Below, piece after piece: positions 40,263 through 48,340 of a DNA stretch of 64,000 nucleotides; the first letter of the stretch is position 1, and each line of letters begins with the position of its first letter. The DNA is from Gammaproteobacteria bacterium TMED112 (GTDB lineage Bacteria > Pseudomonadota > Gammaproteobacteria > Magnimaribacterales > TMED112). The translations under genes were made by a program, and so were the position numbers. A model generated the notes under the pieces. It saw nothing but the letters and a program-made list of their open reading frames with translations, ran no database searches and was not told the origin of the DNA. Where the stretch lies: assembly GCA_002170245.2 (NCBI GenBank), contig NHFN02000017.1, positions 153,461 to 217,460 on the forward strand, read 5' to 3'.

Positions 40263-41065
40263 TATGTTAGTTCTCCTATAATTAATGTGTCTCCTTCGAA
40301 TGTGTGTGGTGGCACTTCTAAGTTTGTTGGTGCAGGTACCCCTTTGTAAACCCTCCCGGCAAGATCAAATTTAGATCCGTGACAAGGACAAAAAAAGCCA
40401 CCCAACCATTGCTCATCCCAAGCTTTCGGTTCAATTTCAGGATGATATTTGGGTGCACATGACAAATGAGTGCAAACCCCTTTTAAAACCGTGAATTTTT
40501 CATTAGTTGATCTTGCAACCCCTTCTGAAAGAACAGGGTCTGTTACTCTATTATTCAGTTTCGGAAGGTTTTCTAACGCTTTCGGGGTTTGATGTACTAC
40601 AAAAATTGGAGTCCTTCTCCATTCTACAACTGCCATTGCACCTGGCTCTAATTTAGATAAATCAAATTTGACAGAAGCGCCAAGAGCCTTAGCTCTTTCA
40701 CTTGGATTCCATGCACTCAAGAAAGGAACGGCAAAACCAGCTACTGTCACTGCTCCCATCAAGCTTGAAGTGATCATTAAAGCCTTTCTTCTCGTATTAT
40801 TTACTACTGGGTTTTTTAGCACATCCATTTCTAGGTTTCCATTTAGCTTGTTAAGAGATTTATCTAGAAGTAATTTACTTTTCCATTCAAACAAAAACTT
40901 TTCTGCTTCTCTTTTATCTCTTGTTTTAAGGCTCTTTTTATAAATTTCACCCCCAACATTTAAATAACCCCAATAAAAAGGTGATTTATCCCGTTTGTAC
41001 AGAGACATTCCATCTAATATGTGAATATGTTTTTTTCCTTGCTTGTTTTTGGACATTTTGAACAT
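40262..41065 (-). CDS. petA: Rieske Fe-S protein with about 79-aa N-terminal extension resembling an integrase arm-binding domain (conventional start would be 40828)
   Basis: TRRKAL Tat motif plus TM, CTHLSC and CPCHGS; extension MSLYKRDKSPFYWGYLNVGGEIYKKSLKTRDKREAEK. Confidence 0.92.
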   Translation of the reverse strand: MFKMSKNKQGKKHIHILDGMSLYKRDKSPFYWGYLNVGGEIYKKSLKTRDKREAEKFLFEWKSKLLLDKSLNKLNGNLEMDVLKNPVVNNTRRKALMITSSLMGAVTVAGFAVPFLSAWNPSERAKALGASVKFDLSKLEPGAMAVVEWRRTPIFVVHQTPKALENLPKLNNRVTDPVLSEGVARSTNEKFTVLKGVCTHLSCAPKYHPEIEPKAWDEQWLGGFFCPCHGSKFDLAGRVYKGVPAPTNLEVPPHTFEGDTLIIGELT

Positions 41066-41131
41066 TTAATTCAGTGTTCAAAATTAGGTGAAACCGAATT
41101 AGTTAATTCCTCTTAAATCTTTATGAGCAGT

Positions 41132-41137
41132 ATTATA
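41132..41137 (-). promoter_or_regulatory. Putative -10 (TATAAT) of the petABC-sspA promoter
   Basis: Perfect TATAAT on the minus strand between the two inverted pairs; -35 weak. Confidence 0.5.
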
Positions 41138-41180
41138 TACAGAATTTTTTTAAAATAAAAATTTTTTTCTAAATTATCTT

Positions 41181-41229
41181 AAAAAAAAAGGTTTTGAACA
41201 TAAATTCGTAAAATTTATTAGTGTTCAAA
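41181..41229 (-). terminator. Possible intrinsic terminator after rpsI
   Basis: AT-rich interrupted hairpin TTTGAACA...TGTTCAAA followed by ACC and T9 on the minus strand. Confidence 0.4.
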
Positions 41230-41239
41230 GGTTAGGAAA

Positions 41240-41620
41240 TTATCTTTTTGAAAACTGTGGGCTTTTTCTAGCTTTTTTAAGGCCAACTTTCTTTCTTTCT
41301 TTAACTCTTGAATCTCGAGTTAAGTACCCTGCTTTTTTAAGATCAGATCTTAGTTCTGGGTTTTCCTCTAAAAGTGCCTTGGATATTGCTAACCTTATTG
41401 CTCCTGCTTGACCAAAAGACCCTCCACCTTGAACTTTTGCATTTACATCAAAAGAACCATCATTTTTCGTTAGAACTAGTGGTTGCCTTACTATCATTTT
41501 GGCTACATCTCTGCCGAAGTATTCATCTATACTTTTTTTGTTAATAGTGACAATGCCTGTTCCTTTTGTGAGCTTAACTACTGCTGTTGCTTCTTTTCTT
41601 CTTCCTGAAATAGTACTCAT
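41240..41620 (-). CDS. rpsI: 30S ribosomal protein S9
   Basis: [30 protein letters not shown]. Confidence 0.98.
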   Translation of the reverse strand: MSTISGRRKEATAVVKLTKGTGIVTINKKSIDEYFGRDVAKMIVRQPLVLTKNDGSFDVNAKVQGGGSFGQAGAIRLAISKALLEENPELRSDLKKAGYLTRDSRVKERKKVGLKKARKSPQFSKR

Positions 41621-42045
41621 TATTTCAACACCTCAGGATTTTGTGCTTCATGAGGATGATTTTCATCATTATAAACTTTTAATTTTGTAATAATTTGTCT
41701 ATTAAGTTTGTTTTTAGGCAACATTCCCTTAACTGCACCTCTTATAACTTTTTCAGGATCCTTCTCCATTTGATCTTGAAAAGATATTTGTTTAATGCCA
41801 CCTGGAAATCCAGAGTGTCTATAATAGATTTTATCTGTTGCTTTTTTTCCTGTAACTTCAATTTTTTTGGCATTTATAAGGATAACATAATCACCTATAT
41901 CTGAATTAGGTGTATATTCAGGTTTATTTTTTCCTCTAAGTATATTAGCAACTTGTACAGATAATCTGCCTAAAGTTTTCCCAGTACAGTCGAAAATGTA
42001 CCATTTTTGCTCAATATCTTGAGTTCTTAATGCTGTTGTTTTCAT
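41620..42045 (-). CDS. rplM: 50S ribosomal protein L13
   Basis: [25 protein letters not shown]. Confidence 0.98.
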   Translation of the reverse strand: MKTTALRTQDIEQKWYIFDCTGKTLGRLSVQVANILRGKNKPEYTPNSDIGDYVILINAKKIEVTGKKATDKIYYRHSGFPGGIKQISFQDQMEKDPEKVIRGAVKGMLPKNKLNRQIITKLKVYNDENHPHEAQNPEVLK

Positions 42046-42100
42046 GTAATGCTCAAAGTTGACCCGCTATATATTAATATATTGATAAAGGATTTGAAAC

Positions 42101-43069
42101 ATGAAGAACCTGTTTTTATTGATATTATTTTTTGGACTGTTTTTTGGTGCTCAGTTTGTTTTTTTTGAAAATAGATATGCTGAGCAAAAAAATATTGATT
42201 TTGAAAATATTTCTTCCTCAATTGTCACCATTGAGACATTAAATAATAGGGGAAAGACATTTGGTTCAGGAGTTATTATTTCCTCTGATGGATATATTAT
42301 TACTGCATTCCATAATTTATCAGGAAATTTAAGTAGTGTTAAAATTTCTGGAAAATCCTACTTAGCAAACTTAATAGGCTTTGATGAGTATGCGGATTTA
42401 GCAGTTTTAAAAATAAACGAAGAAAACCTTAACCATATCAAATTTTCTGATAACGATAATTTAAAAATTGGTCAGACAGTTTATGCTATCGGCAACCCAT
42501 TTAACTTAGGTATCTCAATTTCCAGGGGCATTTTAAGCGCTACAGGAAGAAACTTTGGAAACCCATATTTAGATATCATTCAAACAGATGCTGCAATAAA
42601 TAAAGGAAATTCTGGAGGAGCGCTTATAAATAATAAAGGAGAATTCATAGGTTTGAGCACACTGATTGCATCAACCTCTGGAGGTTCTGACGGAATTGGT
42701 TTCGCTCTGCCATCCGATAAAGTATTGTCAATCACAAATCAAATAATTAAATATGGAAAAGTTAGTAGAGCCTGGATTGGGGAGTTTAGATTTAGAAGAG
42801 GTATGTATACTAGCCCAAAAACTAAATTGAGAATACCCGCACTTTACACTGTTGCTTTAAATAATAATTCAAGTTTTGAAAACGGTTTAAGAGATGGAGA
42901 TGTGATAATTGCTATAAAAAATACAGAAGCCAGGTGGAATACATTATTGGCTTCAGTAAATAGTATTTCCCCTGGAGAAAATCTGGAGCTAAAAATTATT
43001 AGAGCTGGCGAAGAAATGAATCTAAATTTAGTAACTAAAGAAAGACCTAATCGACCACAGGCTCTCTGA
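42101..43069 (+). CDS. HtrA/DegS-family serine protease with PDZ
   Basis: GSGVII, TAFH, DLAVLK, QTDAAINKGNSGG; degS/algW position next to murA. Confidence 0.9.
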   Translation: MKNLFLLILFFGLFFGAQFVFFENRYAEQKNIDFENISSSIVTIETLNNRGKTFGSGVIISSDGYIITAFHNLSGNLSSVKISGKSYLANLIGFDEYADLAVLKINEENLNHIKFSDNDNLKIGQTVYAIGNPFNLGISISRGILSATGRNFGNPYLDIIQTDAAINKGNSGGALINNKGEFIGLSTLIASTSGGSDGIGFALPSDKVLSITNQIIKYGKVSRAWIGEFRFRRGMYTSPKTKLRIPALYTVALNNNSSFENGLRDGDVIIAIKNTEARWNTLLASVNSISPGENLELKIIRAGEEMNLNLVTKERPNRPQAL

Positions 43070-44312
43070 TTATTTCTGCACCCAACTTATTTAGTTTCTC
43101 TTCTATACACTCATAGCCTCTATCAATATGATAAATGTCATTGATATGAGTTTTATTTTTTCCAACTAGTCCTGCAAGCACTAAGCTAGCAGACGCTCTC
43201 AAATCTGACGCGCTTACAGTTGCTCCAACTAAATTAGAGACACCGGAAACAAAGGCTTTATTTTCATTTAATGAAATATTTGCTCCCATTTTTCTTAGTT
43301 CACTTACATGTTGAAACCTATTCTCAAAAACAGTTTCTTCAACTGTACAGTCTCCTTGAGCAATTGTATTAAGTGTCATAAATTGAGCTTGCATATCTGT
43401 AGGGAAGCCAGGAAAAGGCTCTGTAAATATGTCTTGAGCTTTGAGATCTGAAGAAGTTGCATCAACTTCTACAGAATTTTTAAAGATATTTACCTTCACA
43501 CCCATTTCAATTAATTTTTTACTAACAATATCAATAGTTTCTGGGTTAATTTTATTAACTTTCACATGTCCATTTGTTATTGCTCCTGCAATAAGATAAG
43601 TACCTGCTTCAATTCTATCGAATAAAACATTCCATCTAGTCGCATTTAGGCTTTCAACACCATTTACGATAATTTCAGATTCACCTGCACCTTGAATTTG
43701 CGCCCCACAACTATTTAGATAATTTGCAAGTTCTAAAACTTCTGGTTCTTTTGCACAGTTCTTCAATCTTGTTTCCCCCTTAATAAGAGTTGCAGCCATC
43801 ATTAAGTTCTCAGTACCTGTTACTGATACTCTTGGAAAAGTGAAAGAAATAGGCTTTAATTCCTTTGCTTTTAAATAGATATATTTTGAGTCAGAAGTAA
43901 TTTCAGCACCCATTTGCTCAAGTCCTGATAAATGAAAATCAATGGGTCTTGAACCAATATCACACCCTCCAGGTTGAGATATTTTTGCCTTACCATATTT
44001 TGCTACTAATGGTCCCATCACTAAAATTGATGCCCTCATTGTTTTTACAAGCTCATATCTAGCCTCTGGTAGCAGAATATTTGAAGAATTTATTTCGATA
44101 AAACCATCTTCATGAAAGTTTATTGAAGAACCCATTGAGTTTAATAGTTCAAGCTTGGTTGTTATGTCTTGGAGGTGGGGTAAATTGCCTATAAAAGCTG
44201 AGCCCTCAAGTAAAATTGTAGAGGCCAAAATTGGCAAACCAGCATTTTTTGCACCTGAACAATCAACTTCACCTTGTAAATGGTTACCGCCTTTAATTAT
44301 CAGTCTTTCCAT
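43047..44312 (-). CDS. murA: UDP-GlcNAc enolpyruvyl transferase
   Basis: GAKNA, MRASIL, PGGCDIGSRP, FPTDMQ. Confidence 0.98.
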   Translation of the reverse strand: MERLIIKGGNHLQGEVDCSGAKNAGLPILASTILLEGSAFIGNLPHLQDITTKLELLNSMGSSINFHEDGFIEINSSNILLPEARYELVKTMRASILVMGPLVAKYGKAKISQPGGCDIGSRPIDFHLSGLEQMGAEITSDSKYIYLKAKELKPISFTFPRVSVTGTENLMMAATLIKGETRLKNCAKEPEVLELANYLNSCGAQIQGAGESEIIVNGVESLNATRWNVLFDRIEAGTYLIAGAITNGHVKVNKINPETIDIVSKKLIEMGVKVNIFKNSVEVDATSSDLKAQDIFTEPFPGFPTDMQAQFMTLNTIAQGDCTVEETVFENRFQHVSELRKMGANISLNENKAFVSGVSNLVGATVSASDLRASASLVLAGLVGKNKTHINDIYHIDRGYECIEEKLNKLGAEIIREPVVD

Positions 44313-44315
44313 TTG

Positions 44316-44924
44316 CTAAAGAGTGGTTGGTTTCCATGATTCAATAGCAATATCGAGGTTGGAGTTATTTTCAAGATATGTATCTTGAAATTGATTTCTG
44401 AAAGTTAATCCTAAATTAATGCCGTCAATAATGATATTTATTATTCTGTATTCACCAAAGCTGTTTTTATAAACTGTAAGCTTAGTAACAAATGCGCTTG
44501 AGTCCGAATAGAAGTTCACTAAAACCTCATACGTCCTATTTTTGTTAATTTTAATATCTTCATCAGTTTTTATTTGATAGTTATCAAATTCTAGTAAAGT
44601 TGTTACATAAGTATCTAACAGCAATTTTTTTGTTCTCTCTTCAAACAGGTCTTTTTGAGCTTCAGTTGCACTCGAATAAATTTTTGATGAAAGTATTAAC
44701 CTAGATACAACTTTTACATCTACCATAGGCTCCCAGATATTTTTTAACATATCTTTAAACTCTTCAGGATTCTCATCAAATTTTGAACCTTCTTCTTTTA
44801 TAACAGTCAGAAAATATTGAGCATTTGAATCAATGTATTCATGAAGATCAGGAATTTTATCTGCATATAAACTTTGTGATAAAAGAAAAACAAATAATAT
44901 TTTTGATGAAAAAAATCGTAACAT
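44316..44924 (-). CDS. mlaC: MlaC/Ttg2D phospholipid-binding periplasmic protein
   Basis: Signal peptide, C-terminal INIIIDGINLGLTFRNQF; upstream of murA. Confidence 0.85.
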   Translation of the reverse strand: MLRFFSSKILFVFLLSQSLYADKIPDLHEYIDSNAQYFLTVIKEEGSKFDENPEEFKDMLKNIWEPMVDVKVVSRLILSSKIYSSATEAQKDLFEERTKKLLLDTYVTTLLEFDNYQIKTDEDIKINKNRTYEVLVNFYSDSSAFVTKLTVYKNSFGEYRIINIIIDGINLGLTFRNQFQDTYLENNSNLDIAIESWKPTTL

Positions 44925-44930
44925 GTATAA

Positions 44931-44938
44931 ATTATAGT
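44931..44938. promoter_or_regulatory. Overlapping bidirectional -10 elements between mlaC and kdsD
   Basis: ATTATAGT reads TATAAT on minus (6 nt to mlaC ATG) and TATAGT on plus (5 nt to kdsD ATG) in a 19-nt gap. Confidence 0.55.
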
Positions 44939-44943
44939 TTGAA

Positions 44944-45909
44944 ATGAAAAAAAATATTTTCCAAAAAGAGGCAAAAAAAGCTTTTTTAATAGAATTAGAG
45001 GAATTAAAGGCTTTTTATGGGTCAAAAAACTTCAATGTAGAGGAGTTGTGTACAAATATTTCAAATTGTAAAGGAAAAATATTTATAACTGGTGTTGGTA
45101 AATCTGGGCATATTGCAAACAAGTTTGCTGCAACTTTATCAAGTACTGGCACACCATCATTCTTCATTCATCCTGCAGAAGCACTTCATGGTGATCTAGG
45201 GATGATAGAAAAAGACGACGCAATTATAGCAATTTCAAAATCTGGTGAAAGCTCAGAGATTTGTGACTTGATTCCAGCAATAAACTTGAAAAAAATTGAT
45301 CTTTTCTCCATTACTGAAAATATCAACTCCACAATCGCACAAGCCTCAAAAAATCATATTCTTGTAAAAGTTAAAAGAGAAGCATGTCCCAACGATCTAG
45401 CACCTACTTCAAGCACTACCGTGACACTTGCACTTTTAGATGCCATTGCAGTTGCTTTACTAAAGTCTAAGGGCTTTACTTCTGAAGATTTTGCAAAGTC
45501 ACACCCAGGAGGAAAGCTTGGAAAAAAATTAACTTTACGAACAAAAGATTTGATGATACCAATTAAAAAAGCTGCTGTAGTGAAGGATTCAGACACTCTA
45601 AAAGATTTAATTTTCGAAGTTTCTGAAAAAAAACAAGGAATTGCATTGGTAAAAAAGGGGGCAGATATAGTTGGTGTATTCTCAGATGGTGATTTAAGGA
45701 GACAGCTTAAAAAAAATATCCAAATTGATAAAATTAAACTCTCTTCAGTATTAACAAAGGAATTTAAGACTATTAAATCCGATGAATTGGTGGTCAAAGC
45801 AGCTGAAAAAATGAAGTCTTTCAAAGTTTACACACTTGTTGTTAAGGAAAATAAAAAAGTTGCGGGTATATTGACAATGCATGATATTTTGGAAGCAAAT
45901 GTTATATAG
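44944..45909 (+). CDS. kdsD: Arabinose-5-phosphate isomerase (SIS plus CBS)
   Basis: GVGKSGH, EALHGDLG, APTSST, HPGG. Confidence 0.95.
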   Translation: MKKNIFQKEAKKAFLIELEELKAFYGSKNFNVEELCTNISNCKGKIFITGVGKSGHIANKFAATLSSTGTPSFFIHPAEALHGDLGMIEKDDAIIAISKSGESSEICDLIPAINLKKIDLFSITENINSTIAQASKNHILVKVKREACPNDLAPTSSTTVTLALLDAIAVALLKSKGFTSEDFAKSHPGGKLGKKLTLRTKDLMIPIKKAAVVKDSDTLKDLIFEVSEKKQGIALVKKGADIVGVFSDGDLRRQLKKNIQIDKIKLSSVLTKEFKTIKSDELVVKAAEKMKSFKVYTLVVKENKKVAGILTMHDILEANVI

Positions 45910-46270
45910 GTTCATCACAATATTACTTTCTTTTAATCTGGCAGCACAAGAATATGAGATTACATCAGAAAATATTGAGATCAACACACAATTAAACACA
46001 ATTAATTATGAATATAATGTTGTTTTTAAATCTGAAGAAATTTTTTTTACTGCTGATGAGCTAAAACTCAATCAAGAAAATGAGTCATTTGTAGCATTCG
46101 GAAATCCCATAAAAATTAAATTTTATGATGGTATAGAATTTATAGAAGGTGAAGCTGAAAAAATTGAAATAGACTCTCAGTTTTTAAGAATGTCAAAAAA
46201 CGTTTCAATTATTAAATCTGGCAATAAGATAAATTCTGAAAATATGACTATTAAACTCTCTAATGATTAA
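45899..46270 (+). CDS. lptA: LptA/OstA-like LPS transport protein (short)
   Basis: Signal peptide from ATG 45899, beta-jellyroll-like AFGNPIK...GEAEKI; directly before lptB. Confidence 0.7.
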   Translation: MLYRFITILLSFNLAAQEYEITSENIEINTQLNTINYEYNVVFKSEEIFFTADELKLNQENESFVAFGNPIKIKFYDGIEFIEGEAEKIEIDSQFLRMSKNVSIIKSGNKINSENMTIKLSND

Positions 46271-46973
46271 AGTTGAAAGTATAAACAAATCCATAAAGTC
46301 AAAAATACTTTTTAAAAATATTACATTTGATTTATGCAGTAATAAAATTGTTGGATTGTTAGGAGCTAATGGAGCAGGTAAAACTAGCTTATTCAAAGCT
46401 ATTTCTGGTCTTTCAAAAATTGATTCAGGAAAAATAAGTTTTAATAAAAAAGACTTGCACCTAATGAGTCTCGAAGAAAGGTCAGCTGCTGGGTTGAACT
46501 ATGTCCCACAAGAGAATTCTCTGTTTGATGACTTAAGTTTAGAAGAAAACCTAGAAGCAGTTGTTGAATTGAGGTTTAAAGGAGTTTCAACAGAAAAATC
46601 TACTCAAATTAAAAATCTTTTAGATGTGATGAAACTTACAGACAAAGCTAAGATAAAATCTAAATTTCTATCCGGAGGAGAAAAAAGAAAGACTGAAATA
46701 TTGAGAACTATTTTACTTGATTCAAAATTTATTCTTCTTGATGAGCCCTTCGCAGGGGTTGACCCAATATCAGTGGAAGAAATTATAAAAATACTTAAGA
46801 GTTTTAAGAAAAATTTAGGAATTTTTATTAGTGATCATAATTTTAGAGATGTAATGAATGTGTGTGACGAAGTAATTCTTCTTAATCAGGGAGAGTTATT
46901 ATTACAAGGCACTCCAAATCAAGTAAAAAATAACCCAATAGCTAAAAAATTATATTTTGGCGAACTGAATTAA
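46263..46973 (+). CDS. lptB: LPS export ABC ATPase
   Basis: GANGAGKT, LSGGE, LLDEPFAGVDP, SDHN. Confidence 0.93.
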   Translation: MIKVESINKSIKSKILFKNITFDLCSNKIVGLLGANGAGKTSLFKAISGLSKIDSGKISFNKKDLHLMSLEERSAAGLNYVPQENSLFDDLSLEENLEAVVELRFKGVSTEKSTQIKNLLDVMKLTDKAKIKSKFLSGGEKRKTEILRTILLDSKFILLDEPFAGVDPISVEEIIKILKSFKKNLGIFISDHNFRDVMNVCDEVILLNQGELLLQGTPNQVKNNPIAKKLYFGELN

Positions 46974-46984
46974 ACGTTTTCTTG

Positions 46985-46990
46985 TAGAAT
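46985..46990 (+). promoter_or_regulatory. Putative -10 (TAGAAT) of leaderless mgtE
   Basis: 6 nt before the ATG at 46997, no SD. Confidence 0.5.
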
Positions 46991-46996
46991 AGCCAA

Positions 46997-48340
46997 ATGG
47001 CTTCAGAAAATTTAGATAAAAGATTTGAGCTCATTCAAGAAACCTTTTCAAATCCAGAATTTAAAACAAAGCTTGGTCGGATCCTAAGTGAAATGAGTCC
47101 AAGTGAATTAGCTTATGTAATCGAATCATCACCTCCACACGAAAGGAAAATTATTTGGGACTTAATTCAGCTTGATACAGAAGGAGAAGTGCTTGGAGAG
47201 CTTGATGAAAACCTTCGAGAAGACTTACTTGCAGGTATGAATCCCGAAGAAATTTCAATAGCAATTAGCGATCTAGAGGTTGATGACTTAGCTGACATTC
47301 TACAGACTCTTCCTGAAAAAATGACGAATGATGTTTTATCTTTGATGAATTCTCGTGACAGGGGAAGGGTCGAAAAGATTCTTGATTATCCAGAAGAGTC
47401 TGCTGGGGGCTTAATGAATACTGATGTCATAACTGTTCGAGCAGAGAATTCAATTGAATTAGTAATGCGTTATTTAAGATTCCTAAAAGAACTTCCACAT
47501 AATACTGATGATATATACGTTGTAAGCAAAAATGATGAATATTTGGGTATACTGCCAATCACAAAAATATTAACCTCTGACCCAAACCTTACAGTCAGAG
47601 AAGTAATGGATACAGAATTTAAACCCTTAAACATTGAGAGCAATCAAATAGATGTTTACAACCAATTTAAAACAAAAGATCTGTTTTCTGCGCCTGTTGT
47701 TGATAGTAAAAATCATCTTTTAGGAAGAATTACTGTTGATGACATAATTGAAGTTGCAGTAGATGAGGTAGAGCAAGATTTCATTGGATTTGCCCAAATT
47801 GAGGAAGATATTTTTGCTTCCCCTAAAAAATCTATAAAAAACAGAGTTTTATGGCTTTCGATCAATTTACTTACTGCTGTTCTAGCAGCAGCTTCAATCA
47901 GTTTTTTTGAAGATGTCATACAAAAAGTAGTTTATGCAGCAATTTTAATGCCAATTGTTGCAAGCATGGGAGGTATTGCGGCAACGCAAACACTTGGTAT
48001 CTATATTAGAGCAGAAGCTATGAGACAATTAAATCGTAAAAACTTTAGATATTTATTTCGAAGAGAATTTATAGTTGCGCTTGCAAATTGCATTGTATTT
48101 TCGGTTCTAATATATGGAATAACCTCTTTCTGGTTTGCTGATACAGCTCTGTCACTTGCTATAGCATTAGCAATGGTTTTTAACTTATTAGCAGCAGCTA
48201 TTTTTGGATTCATGTTTCCACATTTTCTTAGAAAATTTGGTTATGACCCAGCAATAGCTGGAGGAGTTGTTATTACGACATTCACAGATATTATCGGCTT
48301 TGTCAGCTTTTTAGGCATTGTGAGCTTTCTTATTGGATAA
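46997..48340 (+). CDS. mgtE: Magnesium transporter MgtE
   Basis: YPEESAGGLM, CBS pair, MPIVASMGG, DPAIAGG...TDIIG. Confidence 0.95.
   Translation: MASENLDKRFELIQETFSNPEFKTKLGRILSEMSPSELAYVIESSPPHERKIIWDLIQLDTEGEVLGELDENLREDLLAGMNPEEISIAISDLEVDDLADILQTLPEKMTNDVLSLMNSRDRGRVEKILDYPEESAGGLMNTDVITVRAENSIELVMRYLRFLKELPHNTDDIYVVSKNDEYLGILPITKILTSDPNLTVREVMDTEFKPLNIESNQIDVYNQFKTKDLFSAPVVDSKNHLLGRITVDDIIEVAVDEVEQDFIGFAQIEEDIFASPKKSIKNRVLWLSINLLTAVLAAASISFFEDVIQKVVYAAILMPIVASMGGIAATQTLGIYIRAEAMRQLNRKNFRYLFRREFIVALANCIVFSVLIYGITSFWFADTALSLAIALAMVFNLLAAAIFGFMFPHFLRKFGYDPAIAGGVVITTFTDIIGFVSFLGIVSFLIG

Larger units (their letters stand above)
41047..41230. repeat. Four TGTTCAAA motifs in two inverted pairs plus one variant upstream of petA
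   Basis: TTTTGGACAT 41047-41056; TTTTGAACA 41056-41064 with TGTTCAAAA 41075-41083; TTTGAACA 41193-41200 with TGTTCAAA 41222-41229. Confidence 0.85.

Noticed and set aside
41127-41142. LexA-like CTGTATATAATACTGC upstream of petA
   Set aside because: Lacks CAG at the required spacing; better explained as the TATAAT -10 context.
41066-41239. tRNA, complete integrase or CRISPR array between rpsI and petA
   Set aside because: No cloverleaf or T-loop motif, no catalytic integrase ORF, and the repeats are 8-10 bp and inverted rather than spaced direct repeats.
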